NCBI GenBank assembly: GCA_041862515.1
Contig: JBGVTJ010000317.1
Span: forward strand, 1,890 to 65,889
Source: Thermodesulfobacteriota bacterium
GTDB lineage: Bacteria; Desulfobacterota; BSN033; WVXP01; G020346125
DNA length: 64,000 bases
Direction: 5' to 3'
The notes beneath the pieces are model-generated. The model made no database searches and had not been told where the DNA came from. It saw only the letters and a list, made by a program, of their open reading frames with translations. The position numbers and the translations under genes were made by a program. Positions 1 through 11,490 of this stretch are shown here, piece after piece. Numbering within the stretch: the stretch's first letter is position 1; each line of letters starts with the position of its first letter.

Positions 1-1
1 G

Positions 2-133
2 TCGGCCAGAAATGTACCAGGGGTTAAAGTATTGAGGGTTGACGGGTTAAATGTCTACGACATCTTGAATCATGAAAATTTGATTCTGATCAAAGATGCC
101 GTTGAAAAAATCCAAGAGAGATTAGCATCATGA
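2..133 (+). CDS. rplD: 50S ribosomal protein L4, C-terminal fragment (gene starts upstream of window)
   Basis: Frame-2 translation ...[34 protein letters not shown] ends in TGA overlapping the rplW ATG (ATGA); position in S10 operon. Confidence 0.6.
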   Translation, partial: SARNVPGVKVLRVDGLNVYDILNHENLILIKDAVEKIQERLAS

Positions 134-420
134 AGGAAGTCCACGATATCGTCATCAGCCCACAGGTAACGGAGAAGAGCACGATCCAGCGGGAGGCTCA
201 AAATCAATACAGTTTTAGGGTGAACAAAAGGGCTAATAAAATTGAAATTAAAGAGGCCGTTGAACGCCTCTTCAAGGTAAAGGTGAAAGAAGTGAGGACT
301 GTCATGATGAGGGGGAAAGTGAAGAGGCTGGGAAGACGGTTTGGTAAAAGGCCCGATTGGAAAAAGGCCATCGTCACAGTGAAGGAGGGGGATCGGATTG
401 ACTTCTTTGAGGGAGCCTAG
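130..420 (+). CDS. rplW: 50S ribosomal protein L23
   Basis: 96-aa ORF, L23-like sequence, operon position between L4 and L2. Confidence 0.93.
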   Translation: MKEVHDIVISPQVTEKSTIQREAQNQYSFRVNKRANKIEIKEAVERLFKVKVKEVRTVMMRGKVKRLGRRFGKRPDWKKAIVTVKEGDRIDFFEGA

Positions 421-450
421 CTCCGATTCCTTGTCGAGGAGCTTTAACCC

Positions 451-1272
451 ATGGGAATTGTGAAATATAGACCTACTTCCCCGGGGAGGAGATTTCAGAC
501 CATCTCTACTTTTGAGGAAATTACCCGGGGCAAACCCGAAAAGGGACTCCTGAGGCCCTTGAAGAGAGGTGGCGGCAGGAACAACTATGGAAGGATAACC
601 ATCCGTCATTTGGGTAGGGGGCATAAGAGGAGATATAGGGTTATCGACTTCAAAAGGGATAAGAGGGATATACCGGCGAAAGTGGCCTCCATTGAATACG
701 ATCCAAATCGATCTGCTCGAATTGCCCTCTTGCAGTATGCGGATGGGGAAAGGCGATACATCATCGCCCCTGTGAACTTGAAGGTGGGGGAGACCGTCAT
801 CGCCAGTGAGTCGGCCGACATCAAACCCGGTAATGCGCTTTCCTTGCGAAATATTCCCTCTGGGAGCGCTATCCACAACATCGAATTGAAACCGGGAAAG
901 GGGGGGCAGATTATTCGGAGTGCTGGCGCCAATGGTCAGCTCTTGGCGAAGGAGGGGAAATATGCTCGCATCCGCCTTCCTTCCGGGGAGATCCGTCTTG
1001 TATTGTTGGACTGTATTGCCACGATTGGACAGGTCAGCAATATCGATCACGAAAATATTTCTCTGGGCAAGGCGGGCAGGAAGAGGTGGTTGGGAAGGAG
1101 GCCCCGGGTCAGAGGTGTAGCCATGAATCCAGTCGATCATCCCATGGGCGGGGGAGAGGGCAAGAGTTCGGGGGGGAGACATCCTTGTACCCCGTGGGGT
1201 GTTCCGACCAAGGGCTTCAAGACGAGGAGAAATAAGGCCACGGGAAAGTATATCGTTAAGAAGAGGAAGTGA
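451..1272 (+). CDS. rplB: 50S ribosomal protein L2
   Basis: 273 aa; classic L2 motifs ([25 protein letters not shown]). Confidence 0.97.
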   Translation: MGIVKYRPTSPGRRFQTISTFEEITRGKPEKGLLRPLKRGGGRNNYGRITIRHLGRGHKRRYRVIDFKRDKRDIPAKVASIEYDPNRSARIALLQYADGERRYIIAPVNLKVGETVIASESADIKPGNALSLRNIPSGSAIHNIELKPGKGGQIIRSAGANGQLLAKEGKYARIRLPSGEIRLVLLDCIATIGQVSNIDHENISLGKAGRKRWLGRRPRVRGVAMNPVDHPMGGGEGKSSGGRHPCTPWGVPTKGFKTRRNKATGKYIVKKRK

Positions 1273-1299
1273 GGTTCCTCAGGTAGCGGAGGTGGATCA

Positions 1300-1578
1300 A
1301 TGGGACGGTCAGTCAAGAAGGGTCCCTTTGTCGATGAAAGTCTCCTGAAGAAGGTTAGAGAAGGACAGGGAGGGAAAATTATCAAAACATGGTCAAGGCG
1401 TTCTACCGTCTTACCCGAGATGGTAGGGCTCACCATTGGTGTTCATAACGGAAAGAAGTTTTTCCCCGTCTTCATCAGCGAAGAGATGGTGGGCCATAAG
1501 TTGGGAGATTTTTCCCCCACGCGGACCTTTCACAGTCATGCCGGGGATAAGAAGACGAGGATAGGGGGAAAGAAGTAA
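1300..1578 (+). CDS. rpsS: 30S ribosomal protein S19
   Basis: 92 aa, [12 protein letters not shown]... S19 signature. Confidence 0.96.
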   Translation: MGRSVKKGPFVDESLLKKVREGQGGKIIKTWSRRSTVLPEMVGLTIGVHNGKKFFPVFISEEMVGHKLGDFSPTRTFHSHAGDKKTRIGGKK

Positions 1579-1591
1579 GGAGAGGAGAGCG

Positions 1592-1927
1592 GTGGAGGTT
1601 AAAGCCCGGGCGAAATTCATTAGGATCGCACCCAGAAAAGCCCGTATGGTGACTGAGCTGGTAAAGGGGAAGGGAGTTGGAGATGCCTTAAACATCCTGG
1701 CCTTTACGAAGAGGAGCCCCGCAAAGATCGTTGCCAAACTTCTGAAATCCGCCGTTGCGAATGCAGACCAGATGAAAAATATCGATGTCGACACCCTTTT
1801 TATAAAACAGATTACCGTTGATCAGGGACCGATCATGAAGCGGTATCGACCGAGGGCCATGGGGAGGGCCACCATGATTCGGAGGAGGATGAGCCACATT
1901 ACGGTGGTCTTGGAGGAAAGTTATTAG
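1592..1927 (+). CDS. rplV: 50S ribosomal protein L22
   Basis: 111 aa, L22-like; operon order. Confidence 0.94.
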   Translation: MEVKARAKFIRIAPRKARMVTELVKGKGVGDALNILAFTKRSPAKIVAKLLKSAVANADQMKNIDVDTLFIKQITVDQGPIMKRYRPRAMGRATMIRRRMSHITVVLEESY

Positions 1928-1950
1928 ACCAATTTCGGGAGGATGGAACA

Positions 1951-2613
1951 GTGGGCCAGAAAGTTCACCCTACGGGTTTGCGACTGGGAATTATTAAGAC
2001 CTGGGATTCACGGTGGTATGCCGGCAGGAGTTTTCCCCAGTTGTTGGAAGAGGATATTCGAATTCGCCATTTCCTGAAGGAGAGGCTCTACCATGCGGGG
2101 GTCTCTAAGATTGAAATCGAAAGGGCCGCCGATAAAGGGAAGAAGGCGAAAATCAATATTTTTACGGCTCGACCCGGAATTATCATCGGGAAAAAAGGGG
2201 TCGAAGTGGAGAATTTGAGAAGGGAGCTTCAAAGGAAAACCCAAAAGGAGATGATTATCAATATCAAGGAGATCAAAAAGGCCGAAATGGACGCTCAACT
2301 CGTGGCGGAAAACGTGGCCCTTCAACTCCAACGAAGGGTTTCATTTCGCCGAGCCATGAAGAGGGCGGTGACTTCGGCCCTTAAGGTGGGCGCAAAGGGA
2401 ATCAGAATAGCTTGTGCTGGAAGGCTTGGAGGTGCAGAGATGGCTCGAAGGGAATGGTACAGGGAGGGACGGGTTCCCCTTCACACCCTGCGGGCTGATA
2501 TCGATTACGGGTTTGCGGAATCGAAGACCACATACGGAGTCATCGGCGTCAAGGTTTGGATATTCAGAGGCGAGATCTTCGGTTCCGGGGAAGAAGAAGC
2601 AACGGTTGCCTAA
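1951..2613 (+). CDS. rpsC: 30S ribosomal protein S3
   Basis: 220 aa, [14 protein letters not shown]... S3 KH domain. Confidence 0.97.
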   Translation: MGQKVHPTGLRLGIIKTWDSRWYAGRSFPQLLEEDIRIRHFLKERLYHAGVSKIEIERAADKGKKAKINIFTARPGIIIGKKGVEVENLRRELQRKTQKEMIINIKEIKKAEMDAQLVAENVALQLQRRVSFRRAMKRAVTSALKVGAKGIRIACAGRLGGAEMARREWYREGRVPLHTLRADIDYGFAESKTTYGVIGVKVWIFRGEIFGSGEEEATVA

Positions 2614-2638
2614 TTCCACCAGGGGAAGATAAACTGTC

Positions 2639-3061
2639 ATGTTAACTCCCAAAAAGGTTAAGCACAGGAAAATGCAAAAAGGGAGGATGAGGGGGAAGTC
2701 TCCTCGAGGGAATAACCTCAATTTCGGCGACTATGCACTCCAGGCGACTCAGTGCGGATGGGTGACGACACGCCAAATAGAAGCCGCCCGTATAGCCATA
2801 ACGCGATTCGTTAAAAGGACCGGGAAAGTATGGATTCGAGTCTTCCCCGATAAACCCACGACCAAAAAACCTGCAGAGACCAGGATGGGAAAGGGCAAGG
2901 GGGCTCCTGAGGACTGGGTAGTGGTGATCAGACCGGGGCGTATCCTTTACGAGATGGAGGGGGTTCCGGAGGAGAAAGCAAAGGAGGCCTTTCGGCTGGC
3001 CTCTCATAAACTCTCCGTAGCTACTCGATTTATCAGCCGAGGGAGAAGCCATGAAGGCTAG
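2639..3061 (+). CDS. rplP: 50S ribosomal protein L16
   Basis: 140 aa, [19 protein letters not shown]... L16. Confidence 0.96.
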   Translation: MLTPKKVKHRKMQKGRMRGKSPRGNNLNFGDYALQATQCGWVTTRQIEAARIAITRFVKRTGKVWIRVFPDKPTTKKPAETRMGKGKGAPEDWVVVIRPGRILYEMEGVPEEKAKEAFRLASHKLSVATRFISRGRSHEG

Positions 3062-3284
3062 CCAATTAAGGGAAAAGAGCGATAGTGAACTAATCGAACA
3101 GGAGAGGGATCTGAGGGAGGAACTATTCAATTTGAGGTTCCAGCATTCGACGGGCCAACTGGAGAACACCATGTCCATCATTCGAGTTAAGAAGGACATC
3201 GCCCGAGTGAAGGCCGTCCTCAGGGAGAGGGTTTTGGGAGGGGAGGGAAAAACCGAGGCCTCAGATGTCCCAACAGACAGTTGA
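3051..3284 (+). CDS. rpmC: 50S ribosomal protein L29
   Basis: 77 aa, overlaps rplP stop; L29-like coiled-coil sequence. Confidence 0.9.
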   Translation: MKASQLREKSDSELIEQERDLREELFNLRFQHSTGQLENTMSIIRVKKDIARVKAVLRERVLGGEGKTEASDVPTDS

Positions 3285-3304
3285 TCATATGTGGGGTTAA
3301 CTAG

Positions 3305-3562
3305 ATGAAGGAGAGGGGAATTCGCAAGACATTGATCGGTACCGTATGCAGCGATAAAATGGATAAGACCGTGGTGGTCAGGATAGAACGGTTGGTCAAA
3401 CATCCTCGTTACAAGAAATATTTAAGGAAAGGGGCGAAGTATAAAGCCCATGATGAGAAGAATGAGTGCCATATTGGCGATACTGTATCGATCATTGAAA
3501 CTCGTCCACTGAGCCGAGAGAAGAGGTGGAGGGTTAAGGAAATCATCAAGAGGGCCATGTGA
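3305..3562 (+). CDS. rpsQ: 30S ribosomal protein S17
   Basis: 85 aa, S17 OB-fold sequence. Confidence 0.94.
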   Translation: MKERGIRKTLIGTVCSDKMDKTVVVRIERLVKHPRYKKYLRKGAKYKAHDEKNECHIGDTVSIIETRPLSREKRWRVKEIIKRAM

Positions 3563-3590
3563 TCCCTGCTCATCGAACGGCGAGGTACAG

Positions 3591-3959
3591 ATGATTCAGA
3601 TGCAGACTATTCTCGATGTTGCGGACAATTCGGGGGCTAAAAAAGTGGGCTGCATAAAAATTCTCGGGGGAACGAGGAGGCGGTATGCCACTCTCGGGGA
3701 TGTAATTGTGGTATCCGTCAAAGATGCCATCCCCAATTCGAAGATAAGAAAGGGAGAAGTGGTGAGGGCGGTGATCGTGCGTACCAAGAAAGAGGTGGGA
3801 CGGCCAGACGGGTCTTTCATCAAATTTGACGATAACTCCGCTGTTTTGATCAATCCCCAGGGAGATCCAATAGGCACTCGGATTTTTGGTCCTGTGGCTC
3901 GGGAGCTCAGGGCCAGGAAGTTTATGAAGATCGTATCATTGGCCCCCGAAGTTTTATGA
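3591..3959 (+). CDS. rplN: 50S ribosomal protein L14
   Basis: 122 aa, [18 protein letters not shown]... L14. Confidence 0.97.
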   Translation: MIQMQTILDVADNSGAKKVGCIKILGGTRRRYATLGDVIVVSVKDAIPNSKIRKGEVVRAVIVRTKKEVGRPDGSFIKFDDNSAVLINPQGDPIGTRIFGPVARELRARKFMKIVSLAPEVL

Positions 3960-3981
3960 CGGGGAAAGGCGGAAAGGAAGG

Positions 3982-4308
3982 ATGAGGGGCAGATTATCGC
4001 TGAAAAAGAACGATCTGGTAATGGTTATAGCGGGAAAGGAAAGGGGCAAGAGCGGTCGTATTTTGAAGGTATTCCCGGGAAAGAATCGCGTCCTCATAGA
4101 AAAGGTCAATTTTATCAAGAGGCATACTCGTCCCAGCGGACAAACAAGACAAGGGGGAATCGTCGAAAGAGAGGCCCCCATTCACGTCTCCAATGTTATG
4201 GTCATCTGTGAAAAGTGTAACCTTCCAATTCGGGTTGGGAGGAAGATCTTGGATGATGGGAAAAAAGTCCGAACGTGTAAAAAGTGTGGAGAATTATTAG
4301 ATAAATAG
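3982..4308 (+). CDS. rplX: 50S ribosomal protein L24 (with C-terminal CxxC...CxxC zinc-ribbon extension)
   Basis: 108 aa; KOW-like N-terminus, C-terminal CEKC...CKKC. Confidence 0.9.
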   Translation: MRGRLSLKKNDLVMVIAGKERGKSGRILKVFPGKNRVLIEKVNFIKRHTRPSGQTRQGGIVEREAPIHVSNVMVICEKCNLPIRVGRKILDDGKKVRTCKKCGELLDK

Positions 4309-4339
4309 GTATAATACGGACTTTTGATGGGAGGACTCG

Positions 4340-4879
4340 TTGGGGATTTTTAGGGAGAAGTATGAAAGGGAGGTTATCTCCCAGTTGATGAAGCGGTTCG
4401 GATATAAGAACGTCATGCAAGCACCTAGGGTGAAGAAGATCCTCATCAACATGGGACTGGGAGAGGCTATACAAAACATCAAGGTATTGGATTCCGCCGT
4501 TGAGGAAATCGGGCTCATAACAGGCCAAAGGCCGGTCATTACCAAGGCGAGGAAATCCATTGCTCAATTTAAGCTCAGGAAGGGGATGCCAATCGGTTGT
4601 ATGGTTACCCTGAGGAAAGATCGGATGTACGAATTCCTCAATCGGTTGATAAATATCGCACTCCCCCGGGTAAGGGATTTCAGAGGTGTCTCCGGGAAGT
4701 CCTTCGACGGGAGGGGTAACTACGCCCTCGGAATCCGGGAGCAAATCACCTTCCCGGAAATTGACTATGATAAGATCGATAAGGTAAAGGGGATGAACAT
4801 CATCATCGTCACCACAGCAAAAACCGACGAGGAGGGAAAGGAGTTGCTGAGATTGTTGGGGATGCCCTTTAGAAATTGA
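4340..4879 (+). CDS. rplE: 50S ribosomal protein L5
   Basis: 179 aa; L5 sequence; start may be slightly upstream at a non-ATG codon. Confidence 0.93.
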   Translation: MGIFREKYEREVISQLMKRFGYKNVMQAPRVKKILINMGLGEAIQNIKVLDSAVEEIGLITGQRPVITKARKSIAQFKLRKGMPIGCMVTLRKDRMYEFLNRLINIALPRVRDFRGVSGKSFDGRGNYALGIREQITFPEIDYDKIDKVKGMNIIIVTTAKTDEEGKELLRLLGMPFRN

Positions 4880-4904
4880 GAGGGATGAATTTACGGGGGG
4901 AACG

Positions 4905-5090
4905 TTGGCGAAGAAAGCGTTGATGGAGAAGGCCAAAAGGCCGAAAAAGTTTAAAGCTAGAGAGTATAATCGGTGCCCACTTTGTGGGCGGCCGCGGGCA
5001 TTTTATCGAAAATTTAATATGTGTCGAATATGCCTTAGGAAATACGCCTTGAAGGGGGAGATCCCAGGAGTGATTAAGTCAAGCTGGTAA
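4905..5090 (+). CDS. rpsN: 30S ribosomal protein S14 type Z (zinc-binding)
   Basis: 61 aa with CPLCGR...CRIC zinc motif. Confidence 0.95.
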   Translation: MAKKALMEKAKRPKKFKAREYNRCPLCGRPRAFYRKFNMCRICLRKYALKGEIPGVIKSSW

Positions 5091-5127
5091 TCCGGAGATC
5101 GATGGAAGGAGCTAGAGGAGGTTAACT

Positions 5128-5526
5128 ATGTCCACAACGGACCCCTTGGCCGATATGTTAACCAGGATTCGAAATGCCAGTTCGGCGAGACACGATAAGG
5201 TCGATATCCCTGCCTCCCGCCTTAAGGAGGCGATAGCTAAGATCCTCAAGGAGGAAGGATATATCAAGAACTATAAGGTAATCGTGGATGAGAGGAAGCA
5301 TGCCACCTTACGGATTTTCCTCAAATATGACGCTAACCGCGGGGGGATCATTAATTTGAAACGGGTTAGTAAACCGAGTAGAAGGGTGTACGTAGGGAGG
5401 GATGAGATTCCATCCGTGTTGAAAGGATTAGGGATTTCTATCCTTTCCACCCCCAAAGGCATCCTTACCGATAAGGAGGCCAGAAGGGTCAACGTAGGCG
5501 GGGAAGTCCTCTGCTATATCTGGTAA
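5128..5526 (+). CDS. rpsH: 30S ribosomal protein S8
   Basis: 132 aa, [17 protein letters not shown]... S8. Confidence 0.97.
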   Translation: MSTTDPLADMLTRIRNASSARHDKVDIPASRLKEAIAKILKEEGYIKNYKVIVDERKHATLRIFLKYDANRGGIINLKRVSKPSRRVYVGRDEIPSVLKGLGISILSTPKGILTDKEARRVNVGGEVLCYIW

Positions 5527-5541
5527 TGGAGGGGAAATACC

Positions 5542-6078
5542 GTGTCTCGAATCGGAAAGGTTCCCATTTCTATTCCAAATGAGGTGAAGGTCAAACTGAC
5601 CGATTCGATCCTGGAGGTCGTGGGGCCCTCGGGCCAATTGACCCATCGGATTCCATCGGAAATCCAGATCTCCATCGAACCTGAACAGATATTAGTGAAA
5701 AGGCCTAATGACCATCGTACGACCCGGTCATTACATGGGCTGACCAGGGTCTTGATCGCCAATATGATTACCGGAGTGACACAGGGTTTTGAGAAAAGGC
5801 TGGAAATCCAGGGGATTGGATTTCGGGCCGACCTGCAGGGAAAGGTCCTCCGGTTGACCCTCGGTTTTTCACATCCCATACTGTTTCCCCTCCCCGAGGG
5901 GGTTAAGGTTGAAGTTGAAAGGCAGACGAGCATCAAGGTAAAGGGCATCGATAAGCAACTGGTGGGCTCTGTGGCTGCCCAAATTAGATCCCTTAAGCCA
6001 CCTGAGCCATACAAGGGCAAGGGAATTCGTTATGCCGATGAGTACGTGAAACTGAAGGTTGGCAAGGCAAAGGCCTAA
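5542..6078 (+). CDS. rplF: 50S ribosomal protein L6
   Basis: 178 aa, [12 protein letters not shown]... L6. Confidence 0.97.
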   Translation: MSRIGKVPISIPNEVKVKLTDSILEVVGPSGQLTHRIPSEIQISIEPEQILVKRPNDHRTTRSLHGLTRVLIANMITGVTQGFEKRLEIQGIGFRADLQGKVLRLTLGFSHPILFPLPEGVKVEVERQTSIKVKGIDKQLVGSVAAQIRSLKPPEPYKGKGIRYADEYVKLKVGKAKA

Positions 6079-6089
6079 GGGGGGATGGA

Positions 6090-6458
6090 GTGACTGACGC
6101 CAATCGAAAGGTTGAGGCGCGGGTGAGGAGGAGAGAGAGGGTGAGGAAGAGGGTGAAGGGAACTCCTGAACGCCCCCGGCTCAGCGTTTTTCGGAGCCTG
6201 AAGCATACCTATGCCCAGGTAATCGTGGATACCACCGGACAGACCGTGGTCAGCGCTTCAACCTTAAGCAAGGAAATTCGAGGAGAATTGACGCGAACTG
6301 GTAATACCGAGGCCGCTAGAAAGGTGGGCGAATTAATAGCCAGGAAATCCATCGAGAGGGGGATAAAGACGGTCGTATTCGATCGCGATGGGTATTTATA
6401 TCATGGCAGGGTAAAGGCCCTGGCGGAAGCGGCCCGGGAAAACGGCTTGATGTTTTAG
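6090..6458 (+). CDS. rplR: 50S ribosomal protein L18
   Basis: 122 aa L18. Confidence 0.95.
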   Translation: MTDANRKVEARVRRRERVRKRVKGTPERPRLSVFRSLKHTYAQVIVDTTGQTVVSASTLSKEIRGELTRTGNTEAARKVGELIARKSIERGIKTVVFDRDGYLYHGRVKALAEAARENGLMF

Positions 6459-6471
6459 GGGAGGAAAGACA

Positions 6472-6969
6472 TTGCCCAAGATTAATCTCGACGAACTGGA
6501 ATTGGTCGATAAGGTGGTCCACATAAATCGAGTCGCAAAGGTGGTTAAGGGGGGAAGGAGGTTCAGTTTCAGTGCATTGGTAGTGGTCGGCGATCGAGGA
6601 GGGATTGTCGGATGCGGTCTAGGGAAGGCCAACGAAGTTCCCGAAGCCATCAGAAAGGGAATCCAGCAAGCTAAGCGAGGGTTGATTCAAATACCCATCA
6701 TAAATCAAACCATTCCCTATCAGATTATCGGTCGATATGGCGCCGCAAGGGTCCTCTTAAAACCGGCATCCCAAGGGACCGGGTTGATTGCCGGAGCGGC
6801 GGTCAGGGCGATCATGGAGTGCGGAGGGGTCCAGAATATATTGACCAAGTGCTTGGGTTCGCACAATCCCTACAATGTGGTTAAGGCCACCTTGCAGGGA
6901 TTGATGCAACTACACACCCCCGAGGAGGTTGCCCAAAAAAGGGGAAAAAAGGTTGCGGAAATCCTTTAG
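6472..6969 (+). CDS. rpsE: 30S ribosomal protein S5
   Basis: 165 aa S5 ([18 protein letters not shown]). Confidence 0.97.
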   Translation: MPKINLDELELVDKVVHINRVAKVVKGGRRFSFSALVVVGDRGGIVGCGLGKANEVPEAIRKGIQQAKRGLIQIPIINQTIPYQIIGRYGAARVLLKPASQGTGLIAGAAVRAIMECGGVQNILTKCLGSHNPYNVVKATLQGLMQLHTPEEVAQKRGKKVAEIL

Positions 6970-6987
6970 AAATAGAAAAGGAATTCG

Positions 6988-7179
6988 ATGGTTAAATCTT
7001 CCAAAACCCTCAGCGTTAGGCTGATCAAGAGCGGAATTGGTAGACCCCCAAGGCAGAGGAGGATCCTCAAGGGACTCAACCTCAATAGGTTGAACAAAAT
7101 GGTTACCTTGAAGGATACACGGGAAATCCGGGGGATGATCGAGAAAGTTTCCCATTTGGTGGAGATCATTGGAAAATGA
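6988..7179 (+). CDS. rpmD: 50S ribosomal protein L30
   Basis: 63 aa L30. Confidence 0.93.
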   Translation: MVKSSKTLSVRLIKSGIGRPPRQRRILKGLNLNRLNKMVTLKDTREIRGMIEKVSHLVEIIGK

Positions 7180-7616
7180 AGCTGGGAACATTGAAGGCCC
7201 CTGAGGGTTCCAGAAGCAGGGAAAAGAGGGTTGGGCGAGGGATCGGTTCGGGTCATGGCAAGACCGCCTGTCGGGGGACGAAGGGACAGAGATCCAGATC
7301 GGGGAGGGGAATCCGTCCCGGTTTCGAGGGGGGGCAGATGCCCTTGCAACGCCGTATACCCAAAAGGGGGTTTACGAACATTTTTAAGAAGAAATTCGCA
7401 TTAGTGAATGTGAGGGATTTGAACCGATTCGAGGCCAACAGCGTCGTTGACGTGGAGACCCTGCGGAAGGCCGGATTGGTCAAAAAGGTCTATGATGGGG
7501 TGAAGATATTGGGAAAGGGGAGGGTTACCGTTCCCCTTACCCTGCGAGTCCATCGGGTGAGCAAAGGAGCTGCCGAGAACATAGTGGCAGCTGAAGGGAA
7601 GATAGAGGTCCTTTAG
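7176..7616 (+). CDS. rplO: 50S ribosomal protein L15
   Basis: 146 aa glycine/arginine-rich L15; ATGA overlap with rpmD. Confidence 0.95.
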   Translation: MKLGTLKAPEGSRSREKRVGRGIGSGHGKTACRGTKGQRSRSGRGIRPGFEGGQMPLQRRIPKRGFTNIFKKKFALVNVRDLNRFEANSVVDVETLRKAGLVKKVYDGVKILGKGRVTVPLTLRVHRVSKGAAENIVAAEGKIEVL

Positions 7617-7617
7617 G

Positions 7618-8943
7618 TTGATCGGCACTTTTTCAAATATTTTCAAAATTCCCGAGCTGAAGAGGCGCATTATTATCACCTTTCTGCTCTTAGCCGTTTA
7701 TCGGATAGGGGTCCATGTTCCCACACCTGGGATCAATAGCGATGCCCTAGCCGCCTTCTTCGCCCAAGCGCGGGGAACCCTGTTCGGCCTATTCGACATG
7801 TTTACTGGGGGGGCGTTGGAAAGGTTTTCGGTCTTTGCCCTGGGAATCATGCCCTATATCAGCGCTTCTATTATCATGGAACTCTTGTCCGTGGTTATTC
7901 CTTATATCGATCGGTTGAAAAAGGAGGGGGAGTCGGGAAGAAAGAAGATCATTCAATATACCCGTTATGGAACGGTGCTTTTGAGCCTCATCCAGAGTTT
8001 TGGTATCGCGATGGGTCTCAGGCAGATGGAATCTGGGGGCATGCCTGTTGTTATCGACACCAGTTGGACATTCATCCCTATGACGATGATCACCCTCACG
8101 GCGGGGACCGCTTTCATCATGTGGCTGGGAGAGCAGATTACGGAAAGGGGAATCGGCAACGGGATTTCTCTCATCATCTTTGCAGGGATTGTAGCGAGAT
8201 TGCCCGGTGCCTTCGGCAATACCATCCGGCTGATGAGGACGGGGGAGCTACAAGTCTTCATAATACTGGCCATCCTCATGTTTATGGTTGTGGCAGTGGG
8301 GTTTATCATTTTTATGGAGACGGGTCAGAGGCGATTGCCCGTTCAATATGCGAAACGGATCGTGGGACGGAGGATTTACGGGGGGCAAAGCACTCATCTT
8401 CCCTTAAAGATCAATACCTCAGGGGTTATTCCCCCCATTTTTGCCTCATCAATATTGATGTTTCCCCTGACCATAGGTCAGTTCATGCCCAAAGCGTGGA
8501 TGGAAACTTACCCCTGGCTCAATAAGGCCATCAATAGTTTAGGCGGGGGGAGCATCTTATACAACGTCCTCTATGTCACCTTTATCATCTTCTTCTGTTA
8601 TTTTTATACCGCTATCGTCTTCAATCCGGACGATGTTGCTGAAAACATGAAAAAGTTCGGGGGATATATCCCAGGAATTCGGCCCGGGAAAAAAACGGCG
8701 GAATATATAGATCGAATTCTTTCCCGGATCACCTTAGGTGGAGCCCTTTATGTTTCGGCGGTTTGTGTTCTTCCAAGTATCTTGATTCGGAGATTCAACG
8801 TTCCCTTCTATTTCGGTGGGACGGCCTTGCTCATCGTCGTGGGAGTTGCCCTTGATACGGTGCAACAGATCGAATCCCATCTGTTGACGCGACAATACGA
8901 GGGATTGATGAGGAAAGGAAGATTGAGGGTTAGGCGTCGTTGA
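7618..8943 (+). CDS. secY: preprotein translocase subunit SecY
   Basis: 441 aa, 10-TM SecY sequence; spc operon position. Confidence 0.97.
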   Translation: MIGTFSNIFKIPELKRRIIITFLLLAVYRIGVHVPTPGINSDALAAFFAQARGTLFGLFDMFTGGALERFSVFALGIMPYISASIIMELLSVVIPYIDRLKKEGESGRKKIIQYTRYGTVLLSLIQSFGIAMGLRQMESGGMPVVIDTSWTFIPMTMITLTAGTAFIMWLGEQITERGIGNGISLIIFAGIVARLPGAFGNTIRLMRTGELQVFIILAILMFMVVAVGFIIFMETGQRRLPVQYAKRIVGRRIYGGQSTHLPLKINTSGVIPPIFASSILMFPLTIGQFMPKAWMETYPWLNKAINSLGGGSILYNVLYVTFIIFFCYFYTAIVFNPDDVAENMKKFGGYIPGIRPGKKTAEYIDRILSRITLGGALYVSAVCVLPSILIRRFNVPFYFGGTALLIVVGVALDTVQQIESHLLTRQYEGLMRKGRLRVRRR

Positions 8944-8962
8944 TGGGGGGAGGGCAAGATCC

Positions 8963-9643
8963 GTGAATGTGATAATCATGGGCCCTCCTGGATCGGGCAA
9001 GGGAACGCAAGGGAAGCTTATTGCAGACAAGTACCATATTCAACCAATATCAACAGGAGATATCCTCAGGGAAACGGCAAGGAATGGGTCGGTTCTGGGC
9101 CTCAAGGCCAAGGCCTATATGGTTCGGGGAGAACTCGTTCCCGATGAAGTGGTTATCGGGATTATTGAAGAACGGGTCATGCAATGGAATTGCGGGAGGG
9201 GATTCCTTCTGGACGGTTTCCCGAGAACCGTCGCCCAGGCCAACGCGTTGGAAAGGATAATGGAGAAAAGGGGATTGGCCATTGATCATGTGATCAATAT
9301 CGAGATCGAAATGGAAGAACTGATAAGACGGTTGAGGGGAAGGAGGACGTGTAGCAGATGCGGCGCCATGTATCATCTTCTCTTCACCCCCCCCAAGAAG
9401 GACGGAATTTGCGATATATGTGGGGGTTCCGTCTATCAAAGGGATGACGACAAGGAGAAAGCCATTCGATCAAGACTTGAAGTTTACTCCCGTCAAACCG
9501 GACCGGTCATTCAATACTACGACTCTCAGGGGTTAGTAAGGTCCATAAACGGGGTCGGTCATATAGACGACATTTTTCATCGAATTGTGGAAGCCATTGA
9601 GGACAAGGAGACGTATGCCAAAAGAGGAAGCCATCCAAGCTGA
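8963..9643 (+). CDS. adk: adenylate kinase (zinc-binding lid CSRCG...CDICG)
   Basis: 226 aa, P-loop [13 protein letters not shown] with 4 Cys. Confidence 0.96.
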   Translation: MNVIIMGPPGSGKGTQGKLIADKYHIQPISTGDILRETARNGSVLGLKAKAYMVRGELVPDEVVIGIIEERVMQWNCGRGFLLDGFPRTVAQANALERIMEKRGLAIDHVINIEIEMEELIRRLRGRRTCSRCGAMYHLLFTPPKKDGICDICGGSVYQRDDDKEKAIRSRLEVYSRQTGPVIQYYDSQGLVRSINGVGHIDDIFHRIVEAIEDKETYAKRGSHPS

Positions 9644-9833
9644 AGGCACGGTTTTAGAGACCCTCCCCAACGCCATGTTTAGGGTGGAATTGGAAAATGG
9701 GCATAAAGTCCTGGCTCATATTTCCGGGAAGATGCGGATGCATTTCATCAAGATCCTTCCGGGGGATAGGGTGACGGTGGAACTTTCCCCTTATGACTTG
9801 TCCAGGGGAAGGATCATATACAGGGCGAAATGA
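9615..9833 (+). CDS. infA: translation initiation factor IF-1
   Basis: Internal start [15 protein letters not shown]... (72 aa) matches IF-1; track ORF 9585..9833 is an upstream extension overlapping adk. Confidence 0.9.
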   Translation: MPKEEAIQAEGTVLETLPNAMFRVELENGHKVLAHISGKMRMHFIKILPGDRVTVELSPYDLSRGRIIYRAK

Positions 9834-9849
9834 GGAGTTGTCTCGGGAG

Positions 9850-9963
9850 ATGAAGGTAAAAGCTTCGGTCAAAAAGATCTGTGATAAATGCAAAATTCTG
9901 AAACGTAAGGGCGTTGTGAGAGTTATCTGCGATAATCCAAAGCACAAGCAGAGGCAAGGCTAA
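9850..9963 (+). CDS. rpmJ: 50S ribosomal protein L36
   Basis: Hand translation: [37 protein letters not shown] (37 aa, C-C-C-H zinc ribbon); below the ORF-track length cutoff. Confidence 0.92.
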   Translation: MKVKASVKKICDKCKILKRKGVVRVICDNPKHKQRQG

Positions 9964-9977
9964 AGGGGGGAATTGAA

Positions 9978-10349
9978 TTGGCACGAATAGCGGGCGTAGA
10001 TCTCCCAAAGGATAAACGGGTCGAAATAGCATTGACCTATATCTACGGCATTGGCAGGTCTGTATCGCGCAAAATCCTCACCGAAACCCAGGTGAATTTG
10101 GATACAAAAGTGAGCCAACTCACCGAATCTGAAGTCGTGAAAATCAGGGAGGCCATTGACCGGCAATATAAAGTGGAGGGGGACCTCAGGCGAGAAGTGG
10201 CCATGAATATCAAGAGGTTGATGGATATCGGTTCTTACAGGGGTCTCCGTCACCGAAAGTCCCTTCCCGTTCGAGGACAGAGAACTCACACCAATGCCCG
10301 AACCCGGAAGGGACCCCGGAGGGCGGTAATGAGTAAGAGGAGAAGGTAG
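9978..10349 (+). CDS. rpsM: 30S ribosomal protein S13
   Basis: 123 aa, [26 protein letters not shown]. Confidence 0.97.
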   Translation: MARIAGVDLPKDKRVEIALTYIYGIGRSVSRKILTETQVNLDTKVSQLTESEVVKIREAIDRQYKVEGDLRREVAMNIKRLMDIGSYRGLRHRKSLPVRGQRTHTNARTRKGPRRAVMSKRRR

Positions 10350-10357
10350 GGGGATTT

Positions 10358-10753
10358 ATGGCCAAAGCTAAGGGTAAAGGAACGAAGAAAAAGAGGGTGA
10401 AGAAGAATGTTCCAAGCGGTATTGCCCATATTCAGGCGACCTTTAACAACACCATTGTGACCATAACCGATCCCGACGGGAACGTTATCTCATGGGCCAG
10501 CGCAGGGACCCAAGGCTTCAAGGGATCGAGGAAAAGTACCCCCTTCGCGGCCCAACTGGCCGCCGGAGATGCCGCGAAGAAGGCAATGGAACACGGTATG
10601 CGGAGTATTGACGTCTACGTAAAGGGGCCTGGAGGGGGGAGGGAGGCCGCATTGAGGTCGCTTCAAGCAGCTGGATTTAAGGTCAATCTCATTAAGGACG
10701 TCACCCCAATTCCCCATAATGGCTGTCGTCCTCCCAAGAGAAGAAGGGTTTAA
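10358..10753 (+). CDS. rpsK: 30S ribosomal protein S11
   Basis: 131 aa S11. Confidence 0.97.
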   Translation: MAKAKGKGTKKKRVKKNVPSGIAHIQATFNNTIVTITDPDGNVISWASAGTQGFKGSRKSTPFAAQLAAGDAAKKAMEHGMRSIDVYVKGPGGGREAALRSLQAAGFKVNLIKDVTPIPHNGCRPPKRRRV

Positions 10754-10764
10754 GGAGGTATATC

Positions 10765-11391
10765 TTGGCTCGATATACAGACTCGCAATGTAGGCTATGT
10801 CGGAGGGAAAACCTCAAGCTCTTTCTCAAGGGGGACCGGTGTTATTCCGATAAGTGTGCCATCGACAGGAGGCCCTATCCCCCTGGTCAGCACGGAAAAC
10901 GGAGGCGTGAATTTTCGGAATATGGAAATCAGCTCAGGGAAAAACAGAAGGTTAAGAGGATTTATGGAGTTTTGGAAGGGCAATTCCGCAATTATTTCAA
11001 GAAGGCGGAGCGAAAAAAGGGAATTACGGGCGAAAACTTGCTCATCTTTTTGGAAAGACGGCTGGACAGTGTCATTTATCGCCTCGGTTTTGCCAGTTCC
11101 AGGAATGAGGCCCGGCAACTGGTAAGACATTCCCACTTCTTGGTCAACGATAAGAAGGTGGATATACCCTCATACCTCATTAAACCCGGAGATGTGATTC
11201 GGTTAAGTGATAAGAACAAAAATATCTCCAGAATATCGGAGGCCCTCGAATCCGTTGCTCGACGGGGAGTTCCCCAGTGGCTCGAATTGGATAAGGCTAA
11301 CCTGAGGGGAACGGTGAAGGGCCTTCCCTCGAGAGAAGATCTGACGATGCCCATTCAGGAGCAGCTCATCGTCGAACTCTATTCGAAATAG
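10765..11391 (+). CDS. rpsD: 30S ribosomal protein S4
   Basis: 208 aa S4 with N-terminal CRLCRRE zinc motif. Confidence 0.97.
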   Translation: MARYTDSQCRLCRRENLKLFLKGDRCYSDKCAIDRRPYPPGQHGKRRREFSEYGNQLREKQKVKRIYGVLEGQFRNYFKKAERKKGITGENLLIFLERRLDSVIYRLGFASSRNEARQLVRHSHFLVNDKKVDIPSYLIKPGDVIRLSDKNKNISRISEALESVARRGVPQWLELDKANLRGTVKGLPSREDLTMPIQEQLIVELYSK

Positions 11392-11490
11392 AAAGTTTAT
11401 GGCGAAATCGGGGGGCCACTATTACCTTCCATCTTATGGAGTGGAAATCACCATTGGCTTTTCCCGTAGCCTCTATTCGAGGGGGAAATC

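Noticed and set aside
70-1182. 370-aa minus-strand ORF spanning rplW/rplB
   Set aside because: Antisense to highly conserved ribosomal genes. Proline/serine-rich low-complexity translation typical of antisense frames. The same applies to other antisense/alternate-frame ORFs inside confirmed genes: 4202..4936 (antisense rplE); 10795..11136 and 10856..11125 (inside rpsD); 19754..20179, 20189..20674, 20388..20618 and 20690..20881 (antisense within cytochrome 19157..21307); 39744..40490 (antisense within cytochrome 38742..40664); 42189..42899 and 42635..43243 (inside dsbD); 46144..46617, 46777..47319 and 46437..46745 (inside ade); 51104..51604 (inside ppdK); 54432..54878 (inside glyS).
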